A stretch of 64,000 bases of DNA from Squalus acanthias (Eukaryota), in the NCBI GenBank assembly GCA_030390025.1, contig CM059433.1:4898001-4962000 (forward strand), in the 5' to 3' direction. The translations under genes were made by a program, and so were the position numbers. The notes under the pieces are model-generated. The model was not told the DNA's origin, did no database searches, and saw nothing but the letters and a program-made list of their open reading frames with translations. Numbering within the stretch: position 1 is the first letter of the stretch; the number at the start of each line of letters is the position of its first letter. Shown piece by piece: positions 1 through 12,810 of this stretch.

Positions 1-654
1 CGCTTCCCATTTAATTTGTTGTACAATTCCATTCTCCTTTGGCTACTTCAGGATGGAATTAAGTCATGCCAGACTAAAGGCCTATTTACCTGCTGAAGAT
101 ATTAACTGGATTGGGTGAAGCGTCTTATGTTTCAAAATTAGATCGGGGAGAGAGAGAGACCAGGTGGCCTCTACATTGTGCAACCAAATATGGAGCGTGA
201 TTGTTTTTGTAGAACCAGCAGTGAGCAAGCTTATGAAGTAAGGAATCTCCCTCCTTTACTGAGGATGGAGAAGAAGGATGGTGGTTCATTTTCCATTGCT
301 TGTTCAGAGCCAGACACCTCTGATAAAAGTCAGACCGTAGCATTTCAAAAATTAAAACTGCAGAAGTGTAAGATAGTTTAAGTTGTTAAGTCAGCATAGC
401 AGAAACAGAAATGAACTCAACGTTCTGGTGGATCAACCAATTAATCGCTAATGCACTCCATCACAGAATGAAATGTAGATTTAGTAGTACAGTTATGGGT
501 TATTGACTTGGTCAAAGCTTCAACACTGTCAAACAACTACAACTATGGACTTGTGACTGGGCCTCTGAACAACTACTAAATACTCCCCAACATCCCAGCA
601 GGCTTGAGGGAAGCAAATAAAATCCAAAGATGAAATACTTCTGAATTAATATTA

Positions 655-1088
655 ACTTTGGCTTAGTGATAGCACTCTATACTTTGAATTGGTTTAAGCA
701 CTTGAGCACATAATTCAGGCTGACAATTCAGTGCAGTACTGAGGGAGTACTGCACTGTTGGAGGTGCCATCTTTCAGATGAGACATTAAACTGAGGCCCC
801 GTTTGTGTACTCAGGTGGATGAAATGATCCCAAGCTTTATTTGAAGAAGGTCAGGGGAGTTCTCCCAGTGTCATAGCCAATAATTATCCCTCAACTAATG
901 TCACTAAAAACAGGTTATCTGGTCATTTATCTCATTGCTGTTTGTGAGAACTTGATGTGCTCAAATTGGCTGACACGCTTCCCTACATTAGAACAGTGAC
1001 TGCACTTCAAAAGTACTCATTGGTGAAGTGCTTTGGGACATCCTATGGTTGTGAAAGGCACTTTACAAATGCAAGTTTATTTCTTTCT
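655..1088 (+). mobile_element. Deu-domain SINE (SacSINE1/AmnSINE1-like) with L2-type tail, diverged
   Basis: Core gtgcagtactgagggagtactgcactgttggaggtgccatctttcagatgagacattaaactgagg; tail gaaaggcactttacaaatgcaag. Aligns by eye with 20256-20716. Confidence 0.8.
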
Positions 1089-1109
1089 TGTGCAGTCTGT
1101 CTTAAGTTG

Positions 1110-1420
1110 ATTGATCTCGTGCACGGCAGCAGTTCGGGTGCATTGGTTAGCTTCAGCAGACCTTGGCTAAGGATAGAAAAATCAGGCAAGGTTCCCACTC
1201 CTAATCATTATTCAATAACCCTTGTTTCAAAGTACTTGTATGAATATTAGATGAAAACATAATTTAGAATCACTTATTGCTTTGATGTCCTATAGCTTGC
1301 TACTGCTCACTGTCTAGCTCACACATGAAGAACAGCCATTTGGTTGAGTTGCCAGTGTACATTATGGGCTGTCTCCGAGCACTCCTTAAGCATGCTCAGT
1401 GCAAAAGGCAGCTTTTCAAC
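1110..1420 (+). mobile_element. Old SINE-like repeat (family also at 18.3, 27.2, 31.6, 39.2 and 47.7 kb)
   Basis: Segments aaatcaggcaaggttcccactcctaatc and tctagctcacacatgaagaacagcca recur reverse-complemented at the other sites. Confidence 0.45.
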
Positions 1421-1444
1421 TCAATTTGCTTCTAAAAACAGGTC

Positions 1445-1725
1445 GGTTCCTCTTAACGAACCATTCAGGAGAGAAATTAGGAAACACTTCCTCATGCAAA
1501 GGGTGGTAGAAGTGTGGAACACTCTCCCACAAAAAGCAGTAGATGCAAGCTAAATTAATAATTTTAAATGTGAGATGAATAGATTTTTTTTGCCATACAA
1601 GGGTATAAAAGGATATGGAGCCAAGGCGGGTGGATGGAGTTAAGATACAGATCGGCCATGATCTCATTGAATGGTGGAACGGGCTTAAGGGTCTGATTGG
1701 CTTCCTCCTGTTCCTATGTTCTAAA
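1445..1725 (+). mobile_element. CR1/HER1-like LINE 3' fragment
   Basis: Translates to FRREIRKHFLMQRVVEVWNTLPQKAV, followed by the CR1 3' UTR ending cctcctgttcctatgttcta. Confidence 0.85.
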
Positions 1726-2439
1726 ACTTAACCGTGTGAGTACAGTGATTGGGAAGTAGTGTGCCTCAGAGCTAACAATGTACCCTTTTACTACTGACTT
1801 ATACCAAAAACATTATGGGGTGTCCACTGCATACTTCTAAGATCTCTGGGTGGGAAAACACCGCGCTGGCAGACCACATATTTCGAGTTAAGTTACAAAT
1901 TAGGAATACATTACTTAACTCTGATACTTTTTATGAGACCAAAATAATACCATATTTCAAGATTTTTATCATCCTTTTGAGCTCTTTTACATGAGGCCTT
2001 TATGCAACTGCACATCTTGGTATTGATGGGTTTTGTCTTGCCACAGTGATCTAGATACCTGGCTGACCTGAGTTAACTAAAGAGCCTAGATTTAACTCTG
2101 ATTACTCACATTTAACTGGTCAGCTAGCTTCTCACACCTCCGAACAGTGATTTCTTCACTAAGCAAGTTTACCCAGATCCTTTCCTAACAAGCAAGTAGG
2201 GAAATGTTTAGTTATATCTTCCAGGCAGATAGTGTAAACTACCATTTTCCTCTTTACTCACCACCCACTGGTTTACTTGACTACTCAATTGAAAGCCCTG
2301 TCCTGTTTTTGTAAAACAAAGGTTCATCTCTTGATGGCTCAGGCATTGGGGATAATGACTGCATTAGAAAATGTTCATCCTTTGACACTAGTTTGCAGGA
2401 GCCTACAAAATAAATTATCCCTTGCTCTATAAAGGAAAT

Positions 2440-2565
2440 TGAGAGGTCGCACAACACCAGGTTATAGTCCAACAGTTTTATTTTAACTCACAAGCTTTCG
2501 GAGTTACAACTCCTTCGTCAGGTGAAGTGAGGAGATACAGAATCGTCAAAGCATATAAAGGAATG
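2440..2565 (-). mobile_element. Terminal-repeat fragment of a probable Penelope-like element (family B) with hammerhead motif
   Basis: gtcgcacaacaccaggttatagtccaacagtttta is shared with the 16.8 and 39.6 kb elements. Confidence 0.7.
2488..2525 (-). ncRNA. Minimal type-I hammerhead ribozyme motif
   Basis: Minus strand reads TCAC-CTGACGA-A-GGAGT-tgta-ACTCC-GAAA-GCTT-GTGA: intact core, 4-bp stem I, 5-bp stem II, palindromic AAGCTT in place of stem III. Confidence 0.75.
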
Positions 2566-5542
2566 GCAGCTTGGCTAGCCGAGTTTCAAGGTTTCTGAGT
2601 CCCAAAGATGTGTATTTCTCCCTCACTCCCCACCCCACCAACCTGCAGCCCATACTCGCCGCACATCAGTTTAAGTTTATGATTAATATGAAATGCTTCC
2701 AGATAGAAGTGTATACTCATCTTGCCTACAGGCTCTCAAACTAAAATACAAAAGAAAACTTGGCAGAAATAGCAGCCTTGGCCTTGCTACAGTTTGAATG
2801 CAAGGATACAGGGGAGAGGCTATTTTTGTCGCGGCTATCGTTCCTGGAATCCAGGAACTGGTGCCTTCGGGAGAGGAGGAGGAGAAGGAGAAGTTGAGGT
2901 GGGGGGTAGAATTGTTCAGGTACTATCATGCACTGTTGTGCTTCACCAAAATTGTTATAATCCTACAGTGTCCGACCCTAAAGTTTTGAATGCACTGAAT
3001 GAGAAATAAAATTTTGACAACTGCTTGATTTGTTGCCGAATGTTTTGGCAGCCTGATGGTGCCAAGACGTTGAACAAAATCATCAGGTCATAACAAGGTT
3101 ATATTTTATAGCTGTTAATATTAGTTCCGTTGAACAGAAATGTGAATTAATCAAAAAGCCATGAAATTGAAAGTCATAAATTCTAAATCTTAAAATTAGG
3201 TTAATGACCATTTCAAACTCAACACATGAAAATTGAAGCACATTAATCCTAGGATGCAATCTTCTATCCATTAAAGCTTTTTCTTAATAGTCATAGCTTA
3301 GGTCACACATAAATGTGTTGGTTGGTTATGATCACAAAGAATATACTATTTCCATTCCCATTGAATATCAGCAGACATCAGAACAATTCTGAATAGGATT
3401 TTTTCTAAAATTGTGCTATACAAAACTAGTTTTGTGGAGTCTAGAAACTTTTTAATGCTTTCTTGTAAATTTAAAAGATTATTTATTATTGTTTTGCTTG
3501 CATAACTGAACTGTCATGATTAGGTTCTTTTGGCTAGGAACCACGCTCCATTCTGATGAAGCTTTCAGTTTGGATGCTAAGATTTCTTTAAAAACACATT
3601 CACCTGTTGGATAGCAAAACCTTAAGAATAAAATGTCTAACAAAATCCACCCTTCAGTAAAGAGAGATTTTTATTGAGTGCTCTAATATAGCTTTCAGAT
3701 CTTTTATTTTCTGCTGTTACTACAGATGTGTCTTAGCTGTATTGATGTACTGATAAAAGGCATACAAGCAACGTGTATAAAATGATGCAGGTTTTGAGAG
3801 AGTGAATTTATGTGGCAAGTCTCCGAACTATTGAATGGGCCTTCTCTCTGTCCTCCTGCGCTCTCTGGCCCTCTGCCCCCCTCTGTTTTCTCCCCCTTCT
3901 CCCGCCCCCCCCCCCCCCCCCCCCCTCACCCATAGGGGATGGGGAATACAGCTACTCGGAGAGTTCCTGTGAATAGGAAAAGCAGTGCAGGAAGTTACTA
4001 TTTAAAAAGTCAAATGGTGGAGTAGGGATAGACTCAGAGAGGTAACTACAGCCAATGGGTGCATTTGGAAGTAGATGGCATCAGTGGGGAGTAGGGGCTG
4101 GATTTTCGCTGGGGGAGAGGGTGTTCAGAGCTTAGGACTTGCTCAGTGGGGGAATAGATGGAATCAAATTTTGGTGTTGAGAGGGCGTGGGCTAAACAAA
4201 CTTATACAGTGGAGAATGAGATTTGAAGGCCAGAAAATTACTCGGTGGGTTGGGCTACAATATATTGATCCGCGTCGGTTCTCCCATCTAGTTGGAAATA
4301 TGTAGGTGAAGACTCATCAGCCTAAGTACTGCCAGGACAACAACTTAGAATGATTTTACCTCAAAAATAATCTTTTGGAGGGCTACTGCATATGCAAGGA
4401 CATAGCCCAATATCGCTTCAATTTTGTATTGGATTTACATGCGAAAATAAGATCTAAGCACCTCGAAGGAAAATCAAAGTCCGATCAAGGGCTCCATATT
4501 CCGCTGTTGTTACTGTCATTTTTACACTACATTTCTGCCTTCTATCACTTCACATAATGTGGTTATTCACCATGCTGGAACATATACTGGTCCAATTCCA
4601 TCAATATTTGCAACAGAAGAACATCAACCACCTAGTGCTTGGATGTGACAACTGTTATTGGTCAGCGGACCTGTAAATAGACTGTTGGCTATATGGGTAT
4701 GTTTCATTGCGGGGGGGGGCATGAATCTACCCCTCTCTCTTTCTGCCCTACACTCCAAATTTGTTATGTATCAAAGGAGATGCTTGGCTTCTTCCTGCAT
4801 CAGCACTCCTGCTGTTGGTTGATTAGCTTCCAGACAAAACAAAGGAGCAGCTCTGTGAAGGCTGTCCTGCCCTTCTCCAGAGCAGAGATCAAGAATCCAG
4901 TGAAGTGGGAGACTGACCCTGCATTCTACCACTCTACAGCACTGTGTTGGCGCTCGAATGCATAGTATCCCTGTCACTCCTCGGATATCGTCACTGCAGA
5001 TGCAGCCACCCCACTAATGTATGCACTGTGCAAAATTTTGTTTATTATATATGAATGGATGAAGATAATGGAGACATGCTAAGGAATGGCGGGGGAATTT
5101 AATGTCCTATGCACAGATGCAAGGAAAATAAATGTATTTGTACGCCAATGGACAGCTGTTGTTGTTTTAAAAAAAAAAAGCTGTTCACAGATTGCAATAC
5201 ACCTTAACTATGTTATATATAAATCACAGGTGAACCAAAACCTTTTCTCGGACAACTTCTGCGCAGTCACTTCTAGTAGAGGTCACTGGATAGCGATAAT
5301 GATACCAGTTATGTCACCTCGTATGTTAAATGAACGTTCAGGGAAACCTTATTTTGAGCCTCTGGTGTTTCGCAGAATTTATTCACCCCTTTCTCACCTC
5401 CACCCCTCAATAGATTAATATCCTGGCGTGTCCTAGAATTATAATTTGCATTAATATTCAATCCTTCCCCCCCCCCCCCCCCTCCCCAAGCAGCTACATT
5501 CCACAAGCTACACTTCCATTGTGTGAAATGGACTATAAATAG

Positions 5543-6384
5543 AGGCCGCGATTTTGCCAGCGCTCAGAGGACGGGTTTGGAGGTGGGTCAGAGGTTAAAT
5601 TTGTTTTGATTGACGGCGGGTTCCGAACCCGCCTCCAAACAGCTTTCCCAAGTGTCGGGTCCCCGATTTGCGAATGGACCCGACACCTAGTGGCGGGAAG
5701 CGGATTAAAGGCAATTACCTGCCTATTAACAGGTACTTGCCAGTTTTTAGCCTGTTTTTGGATTTTCCTGCTTCTGGGTCGGCTTTCCCGATGTCCGGAC
5801 ACCACACCAGGTAAGTGTGGCGTGTTGTGAGTCTGGAATGATGACAGCAGCAGAAGTGGTGAGAAGGATCCAATGTTGCACATGGTGAGTTTCAGAGGAA
5901 AGAAAATGTTGGTTACTGCATTTTTAATACATTTACAGATTTCTTTAGCTTACAAGTTTTTAAATCCATGTCCCGTGCCACCTCATTGGGAGAACCTCTC
6001 TCTCCAGTGACAGATCGCTTCTGTCACCTCACCCACAGCTGCCATCTATTCCAGCCTACGGATGGAGTCACTGAAGAGCGTGGGTGCAAGAGGTCACCTT
6101 TGTGCAGTGATTCAGTGTTTTCAGCACCTCAATGCTGTCAAACACTGAGAAATCAACTGTCAAAATAAAATTGTGCATGGTCCCTTTAAGGAAACCGGCA
6201 GATGAAGCGTCATCAAATGACGTCATCAGACCCGCTTCCTGTTAATTAGCCGGCAAGGCGGGCTAAACAAGGTCAATCAAGGCAAAATCACGTCTGTGGA
6301 GCGGAAGCAGCTGAGGGCGGGACTGGAAGCTGGAAACCAGCTGACCCCGCACTCAACCCGCCTCCATTAATAAAATCGCGGCCA
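5543..6384. mobile_element. Non-autonomous TIR DNA transposon, PIF/Harbinger-like
   Basis: TIR ggccgcgatttt (5544-5555) / aaaatcgcggcc (6372-6383), flanked by tag...tag 3-bp repeat; GC-rich subterminal regions. Confidence 0.7.
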
Positions 6385-8017
6385 TAGTGCTTCATAGAAT
6401 ATTTGCTCATTGAGTCTTTATCCCTATAATCTTGTATCACATAATTAGATATACCCCAGTTCTCTTTTTAGATGAATGGAAGAGAAGTCCACTGCATATA
6501 TTTAGCACCCTGAGGGAACATTCTCATCTCCTTGCTCACCATGTATGGCCAATTCCTAATGTCACAGTTTTATTGAAATAACTGATTCACTTCCACATCA
6601 TCCTTCCCCCATTTTAAAGCTGGATGATTTTGCATCTACCTGAGCTCCAATCATTCTGTTATGGGAATATATAGTCTTCCCAGCAATTAATCTTAACACT
6701 TTTTATGAGAAGGCCTTTTTGGCTACCAATGTTGTGCAAAGAATGTCCAGGCCAGTAGACTAATACAGAAGGATATACAGCTGTAAAGGCTTTCATGTTT
6801 CCAGTCATCGAGAGAATACCATCAGACCCAGAGAAATTTGGCTGCTACACTCATTACCTTGTCATTGCCAAAAGATGTGGGTAATTTTTGGCCCCTCGGG
6901 GACAACAACTGAAACCTGTTACTCAAGGTGTATATAAATGTATACTGTCATGTTGTTGAAAGACTGCATATTTCAATATATCTATTAGAAACTGCAACTT
7001 TTCATTCAAGCAGAGGTGAGTATGGTGAGGGACAGCTAAGTTGTGGGATAATGCCAAATTTCTTTTAAAGGGGCAGTTGTCTTAAAAAATACCATGTATT
7101 TTTTGCTGGAGTTGATTTACTATGCATATAAAGTACATGTTGAAATTCATTTAAAAATTGACTCCTAATAATACGCATACGAGTATTCAAATTTTCCCCA
7201 CACAATGCAATTAAAGATCTTGCAATTGTGCCATGATTTTTTAAATACCTCATTCCTCTTAATTTTTTTTCACTGCTCTATGCCTACCTTTAGTTCCTTT
7301 CTTTTCCTTTTCTTCTTACCATCCCATTTTATTCCCTGCCGTAGCTCCATAATTGCATTTTTTTCTGGCAGTTCTTTTATGTTTTATCTCTTTCATTCTT
7401 GATTGCTTTCTCTGCTGTAAATGGTGCACATCACTGCGGATCAACAGGCAACTCAGTTTATTTGACGATGTTCAGTTTTGAGGCAGCACTTTGGATCTTG
7501 AGGTTTAACAATAGCTGTTTAGCAGTCTGATGCACTTGGTAAAGAAACTGAAGGTTACCTCGATAGTACTTTCTGTAGATTTCAGAGATCTTGTCTTCAA
7601 CCACGTGGAAAATAATTCCAACTGATCAGACCAAGAGTTCTGACACTTGGCTAGATACGTAATGGCTAATGCATTTAATGATGAGCACAGTCTACATAGT
7701 AGGTCACACTATTTGGGTGAGATGCTAGTGATTGGGCAAGAAACCATCTTTCAGCGCCATAGGTTCGTGGAAAAATGTTTTGAAAAGGTTCACTTTTCGT
7801 GGAGTGAGGTGAACCTAGATTTCCATATTTTCTTTAGCTTCCAGAAAGCAGTTCAAGCAAGAGACCAAAAGTTCAACGTCGCTTACAGAGGATGCCATTC
7901 TTAAGCCAAGATTTTTGAATTCCATCATGTCTTCAATGAATTGTCCATGAAGTACAAGGTTGGTATCTGTCTCTTCCATTCTATGGTTGCTCTCTGAATA
8001 TAGCGGCATAATTTCAA

Positions 8018-8212
8018 TCTCTCTCTACCCTCTTTTTTTCTCTCTCTCTCTCTCTCTCTCTCGCTCCCCTCCTTTCTCTTTCTCTTTACCCTCTCTCTCT
8101 ACCCGCTTTCTCTCTTGCTCTACTCTCTTTCTCTACCCTCTCTCACACTCTCTCTTCCCTCTTTCTCTCTCTCTACCCTCTCTTTCTCCCTACCCTCTCT
8201 CTTCTCTCACAC

Positions 8213-8250
<38 letters not shown>
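8018..8250. repeat. Imperfect (CT)n polypyrimidine microsatellite
   Basis: About 230 bp of ctct repeats. Confidence 0.95.
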
Positions 8251-8534
8251 GCCGCCCCCCTCGCCTCTGCTTTACTTTCTCCCACCCCCACCAATCTGTT
8301 AATTGAAGTAGTCAAGGGGAGGGAGTGACGGGGAGAGAGTGTTGGTGGCAGTTTGCTGACTGGCAATTGTTCTCATAACCAGCTGGAAACTTCATTCACT
8401 CTTGGATGGGCCGAGACAGGCAGAAAAGCAGCACTTAAAAAGACTGCTCAATGAGGTTGTAAAGAAGCTGACCGGGAAAACTATACTGTGGAGTGAAAAA
8501 TCACGGGACTTATTGTTGCCGAGTTTATATTCCA

Positions 8535-9420
8535 CTAGGAACAGGAGTAGGCCATTCAGCCCCTCGAGTCTGCTCCATCATTCAATTAGATCATGGCTGA
8601 TCTGCACCTCAAGGGAATACAAGTCAAGTTTATGCAACCTGTCCTCATAATTTTACCCTCTAAGCCCCGGTACCATTCTGGCGAATCTGTGCTGCTCCAC
8701 CTCCAAGGCCAATATATCATTTGAAGTGCAGTGTCCAAAACTGAATGCAGTACTCCGGATGGGGTCTGACCAAGGGTTTATACATCCAATCCAGAACTGC
8801 CTCCCCTGTGTATTCCAGCCCCCTTGAGATAAAGGTCAACATTCCATTAGCCTTTTTGATTGCTTTTTGTACCGCTACTGGCTTTTAATGATTTGTGTAC
8901 CTGGAGACTCAAATCTCTTCGGTCCTCTACAGTTTCTAGTTTCTCACCATTTAGAAAATACTCAGATTTATCTTTCTTGGGTCCAAAGTGGATGACCTCA
9001 CACTTGCCCACATTGAACTCCATTTACTGTAGTTTTGCCCACTCGCCTAATCTATTTATGTTCCTTTGCAACTTCCTGTTCCTATCTGCACTACTTACTA
9101 TCCCTCTCAACTTAGTGTCATCTGCAAACTTGGATATACAACTCTATTCCTTCATCCAAATCATTATTGAATATGGTGAAAAGTTGCGGCCCCAGAACCA
9201 ATCCGAGTACCTGCCCTTTATCCATACTCTCTCTGTCTCCTACCTCCCAACCAATTTCCAACCCAAGTCAAAAGGCTACCTCCATTCCCGTGCACTGTCA
9301 TTTTTGATAATTTCTTGTGTGGAACCGTATCGAATTCCTTCTGGATAACATCCATAGACAATCCCTTATCTACCTTATTGGTGATCACCTCAAAAAATTC
9401 AACTAGACAAAGCCAGCCTA
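8535..9420 (-). mobile_element. CR1 LINE 3' region with internal deletions
   Basis: CR1 tail at the left (ggaacaggagtaggccattcagcc); RT remnants LVEFFEVITNKVDKG and FADD on the minus strand. Confidence 0.85.
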
Positions 9421-10427
9421 GTACATTATAGTACAAGCCAAACTGTACTAAAAATCCAGTGGAAGTAAAATTAGAATTAATTTAATGGCATTTGTTATTT
9501 TCAGTGAAGTGCACTTTTTACAAATCTAAATGCAGTGTAGAGGAAACAGTCCAGTTAAGTAACTTTTCAAGATTTATCTACTCTGAGCAGGGTACAAAAT
9601 GAAAATATATCCACTAATTTCATCTAGTTCCTGCACATGGCTGGGTATCCAACCATCATTTTGTTTTGTGCAAATTTTCTGTGTGAATTTGCAGCTTTGG
9701 AAAATTTAAGAATTTGATATTGGCCTCTGCTTCTTTTTAAGCTCAGTTGATGTCAAGCCAAGATCATGGAGGTCTCACGGGAGCAGCAAGAGTGCAAGAC
9801 TTCGTATTGGGCCTTATTTCAGAAAAGCCCCGGATTAAGTTTATTAGCACTTATTTTTAGCTCCCCTGGTTTTACATATTTGAATTTCATTGCCTGGAGC
9901 TTGTAAAAGATTTTGCTGCTTTTTGTGGATTAAATCCTAAATCCACCAATAACAACATTGCAAACCAAACTTTGCAAAACTCCAGACGTGCAAAATTCGA
10001 ACAAGAACCATTGGAACCAGCATAGGAGCAACCGGCATCGCAGGGAGAGTGGTGGGCATGGGGCACTCGGAGCTAGCACTACAAAGCAGAACATTGGCCC
10101 TCAGCACTCTGAACCACTACCACAAGGTAGAGCTTGCGGTCTGAAGCACTATGAAGGAGTGTGGTGGGCCTGAAGACTAGTTGAAACTGGCACTGTGGGG
10201 GAGCGCAGGAGGGAGGGCGGGGGAAAGTATTCATGTAGAAGTAATATGTCTTTTAGTTTTTTTTAAAACACTATTACTTGTTGGTATGTGTGGGTTTATC
10301 TGTTAAACTGATTTAGTGCAGGGGAAGACAACAGTCAGATATATTTTCCTATTTGAAATCAAATTTATATTATTGTTACATAAATCAAAACTTGAAATTA
10401 AAGATTTTCTGCCCCCTTCTCTTGCCG

Positions 10428-10461
<34 letters not shown>

Positions 10462-10782
10462 CCAACCAGTAGTATATTTGCCTTTTCTAAACTGGGTATT
10501 ATCTTGCTATTGACCCTGAGTTAGTTTTGATGCCATATTCCCTAAATTGAATCTTGTACTTCCATAGCTAAATATTTTATGCTGTATTAATTTATGAATG
10601 CTGCAGAAAGTTTGTAAATATAATCATGTTTTTTACAGAACATTTTATGTGTATCTTGCAGTGTGCATCACTTTTCATTGTAGTGGTTTTGTGTGGAAGA
10701 ACCAGTTCTTGTTGGAATTTTATTGATTAGCTTTTATTCAGTGAATAAAATAGTGTGAAGCAGTGTGTGAGGCCATTGCAAT

Positions 10783-11225
10783 CAACAACAACTTGTATTT
10801 ATGTAGCGCCCTTAAAACATCCCAAGGTGCTGCACAGGAGTGTTATCAGACAAATTTTGACACCAAGCCACATCAGGAGATATTTAGGACAGGTGACCAA
10901 AAACTTGGTCAAAGAAGTAGATTTGAAGGAGTGTCTTGAAGGAGGAGAGATTGGTAGAGGGGTTTAGGAAGGGAATTCTAGAGCTTAGGGCCTAGACTGC
11001 TGAAGGCACCTGAAGAGTTGAAATTTGTCAACTAACTGATGGAAGGACATAGTTTGACCATTGTGGAGGCGCCAACGCAGTCTGGTGATTCCTTTTTCAT
11101 GCCCGGCTCTGTACGCAAGTTGAGTCTTTTAGAGGCCTTACAAGGCTGGAGGAGGTTGCCGAGGTAAGTCAGTTGAGGCCATGGAAGGATTTGAAGACAA
11201 GCAACCTCTAAAACCCAACAGTGCT
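10783..11225 (-). mobile_element. L2 LINE 3' fragment
   Basis: caacaacaacttgtatttatgtagcgcc tail, same as copies at 20.8, 42.6 and 61.1 kb. Confidence 0.75.
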
Positions 11226-12344
11226 TTGCAGTCTTCAGCGCAAGACAATTTCCCAACAACTTTTTCTCAACTCGCTCCGTAACCCTTGGATGAGGTACCA
11301 AAGGGGTCCTGGTGACTATGGAACATTACACCCCAGCAGCAGTGCCTCAAGGGCTGAAGATGTTGTGGGGGCAGGAAGTTGATCATTTTTTTCTGGCCCT
11401 AAGCCTAATTTTTAACACCTAAGTTGACCACATGTCAAAATGTGGCATCTCTGTGATCATTAAATTTCCATGATCCCCTACCAGTTCAGAACTTAAGGCA
11501 AATATTTATATTCCAGTGGTTGCCTCTTTGAGCACTCTGTTGTTTTATAATATAGTCAAATTTAACAGCACTTACCATTGTTTGTAATTTTCTGTTTTTG
11601 TTGCAGTGAGTGTTATGGTGGACATTGGAGTTTGATAACTGAATAATGTAACTTAATTCTAAATAATATTGTTCCACATGATTTGAGAAGCAAGATTTAT
11701 GTGCATTAGGATTTATATTACCGGATATTACAGGGAATATGTCTTCTATTTTACATCTGTAGACTTTACAAGGCTGTGACAGATATCCAAACAACAGTGT
11801 TTGCTTTTATGATTTATCAGTATTCCACAACCTCACCAGATTTGTTTGTGGAACTCGGGATAGTCTATATAGTTTGCACAGCAAAGCTGCGTACTTTGTT
11901 CCATGCCAGTGAGTATTACAGTGAACAGCTCCTGTGATTGAATTATGTGATAAGATATGACATTGTAGTTCGTACATGTTATTGCTGATTAAGAATGGGA
12001 TGTGCTGCAATGGAGAGATTCAAATGTCCTAAATAATGAAAATGAAGCTTGAACCGTCTGAAGCAGCTATCTGAACTTGAGAAATTAGACTACAGTGTTG
12101 AACTTGCAGTTTAATCTGTTTATCCTTCTACTTTATATAGTTACATTTGTTTGAATAATTTTCTGTTTTGAGCAGTGTTTTTGGCAGTATTGGACTTGTG
12201 TTCTTGATGTATATAATAGATCCACAAATGGCAATTGATGCCTCCTTGTCTACTTGAAAGAAAGCTCACAAAGTTACCCGTCAGAAGTAGTTCTGGAAAG
12301 GAATTTGATAGTTCCTTATCAAAAGAGAAATATTGAAGTTTACG

Positions 12345-12810
12345 TTGTATTACACAGTATTTACAGCACTGAAACAGGCTATTCGGCTCAACAGGTCCAT
12401 GCCGGTGTTTATGCTCTACACGTGCCTCCCCCCACCCTTCTTCATCTAACCCCATCAACACATCCTTCTATTTCTTTCTCTATCATGTACTTATCTAGCT
12501 TCCCCTTAAATACATCTATGCTATTCGCTTCAACTACTCCTTGTGGTAGCGAGTTCCACATTCTAACGACTCACTGGGTAAAGAAGTTTCTCCTGAATTC
12601 CCTATTGGATTTATTAGTGACTTTCTTACATTTATGGCCCCCAGTTCTGGTCTCCTCTGCAAGTGGAAACATTTTCTCTACGACTACCCCATCAAACCCT
12701 TCCATTATCTTAAAGACCTCTCTCAGGTCACCTGTCCGCTTTCTCCTTTCTAGAGAAAAGAGCCCCCACCTGTTCAATCTTTCCTGATGGGAATAACTGC
12801 TTGGTTCTGG
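12345..12810 (-). mobile_element. CR1/HER1-like 3' fragment
   Basis: Minus-strand GLFSLERRKRTGDLREVFKIM...FRRNFFTQ plus 3' UTR. Confidence 0.85.

Noticed and set aside
1..650. Possible LTR or exon at the window start
   Set aside because: No recognisable protein motif, second LTR copy or primer-binding site; cannot be supported.
3960..4680. Possible old LINE remnants
   Set aside because: Too degenerate to assign a family or boundaries by eye.
7960..8328. 122-aa Leu/Ser-rich ORF
   Set aside because: It is the translation of a (CT)n microsatellite.
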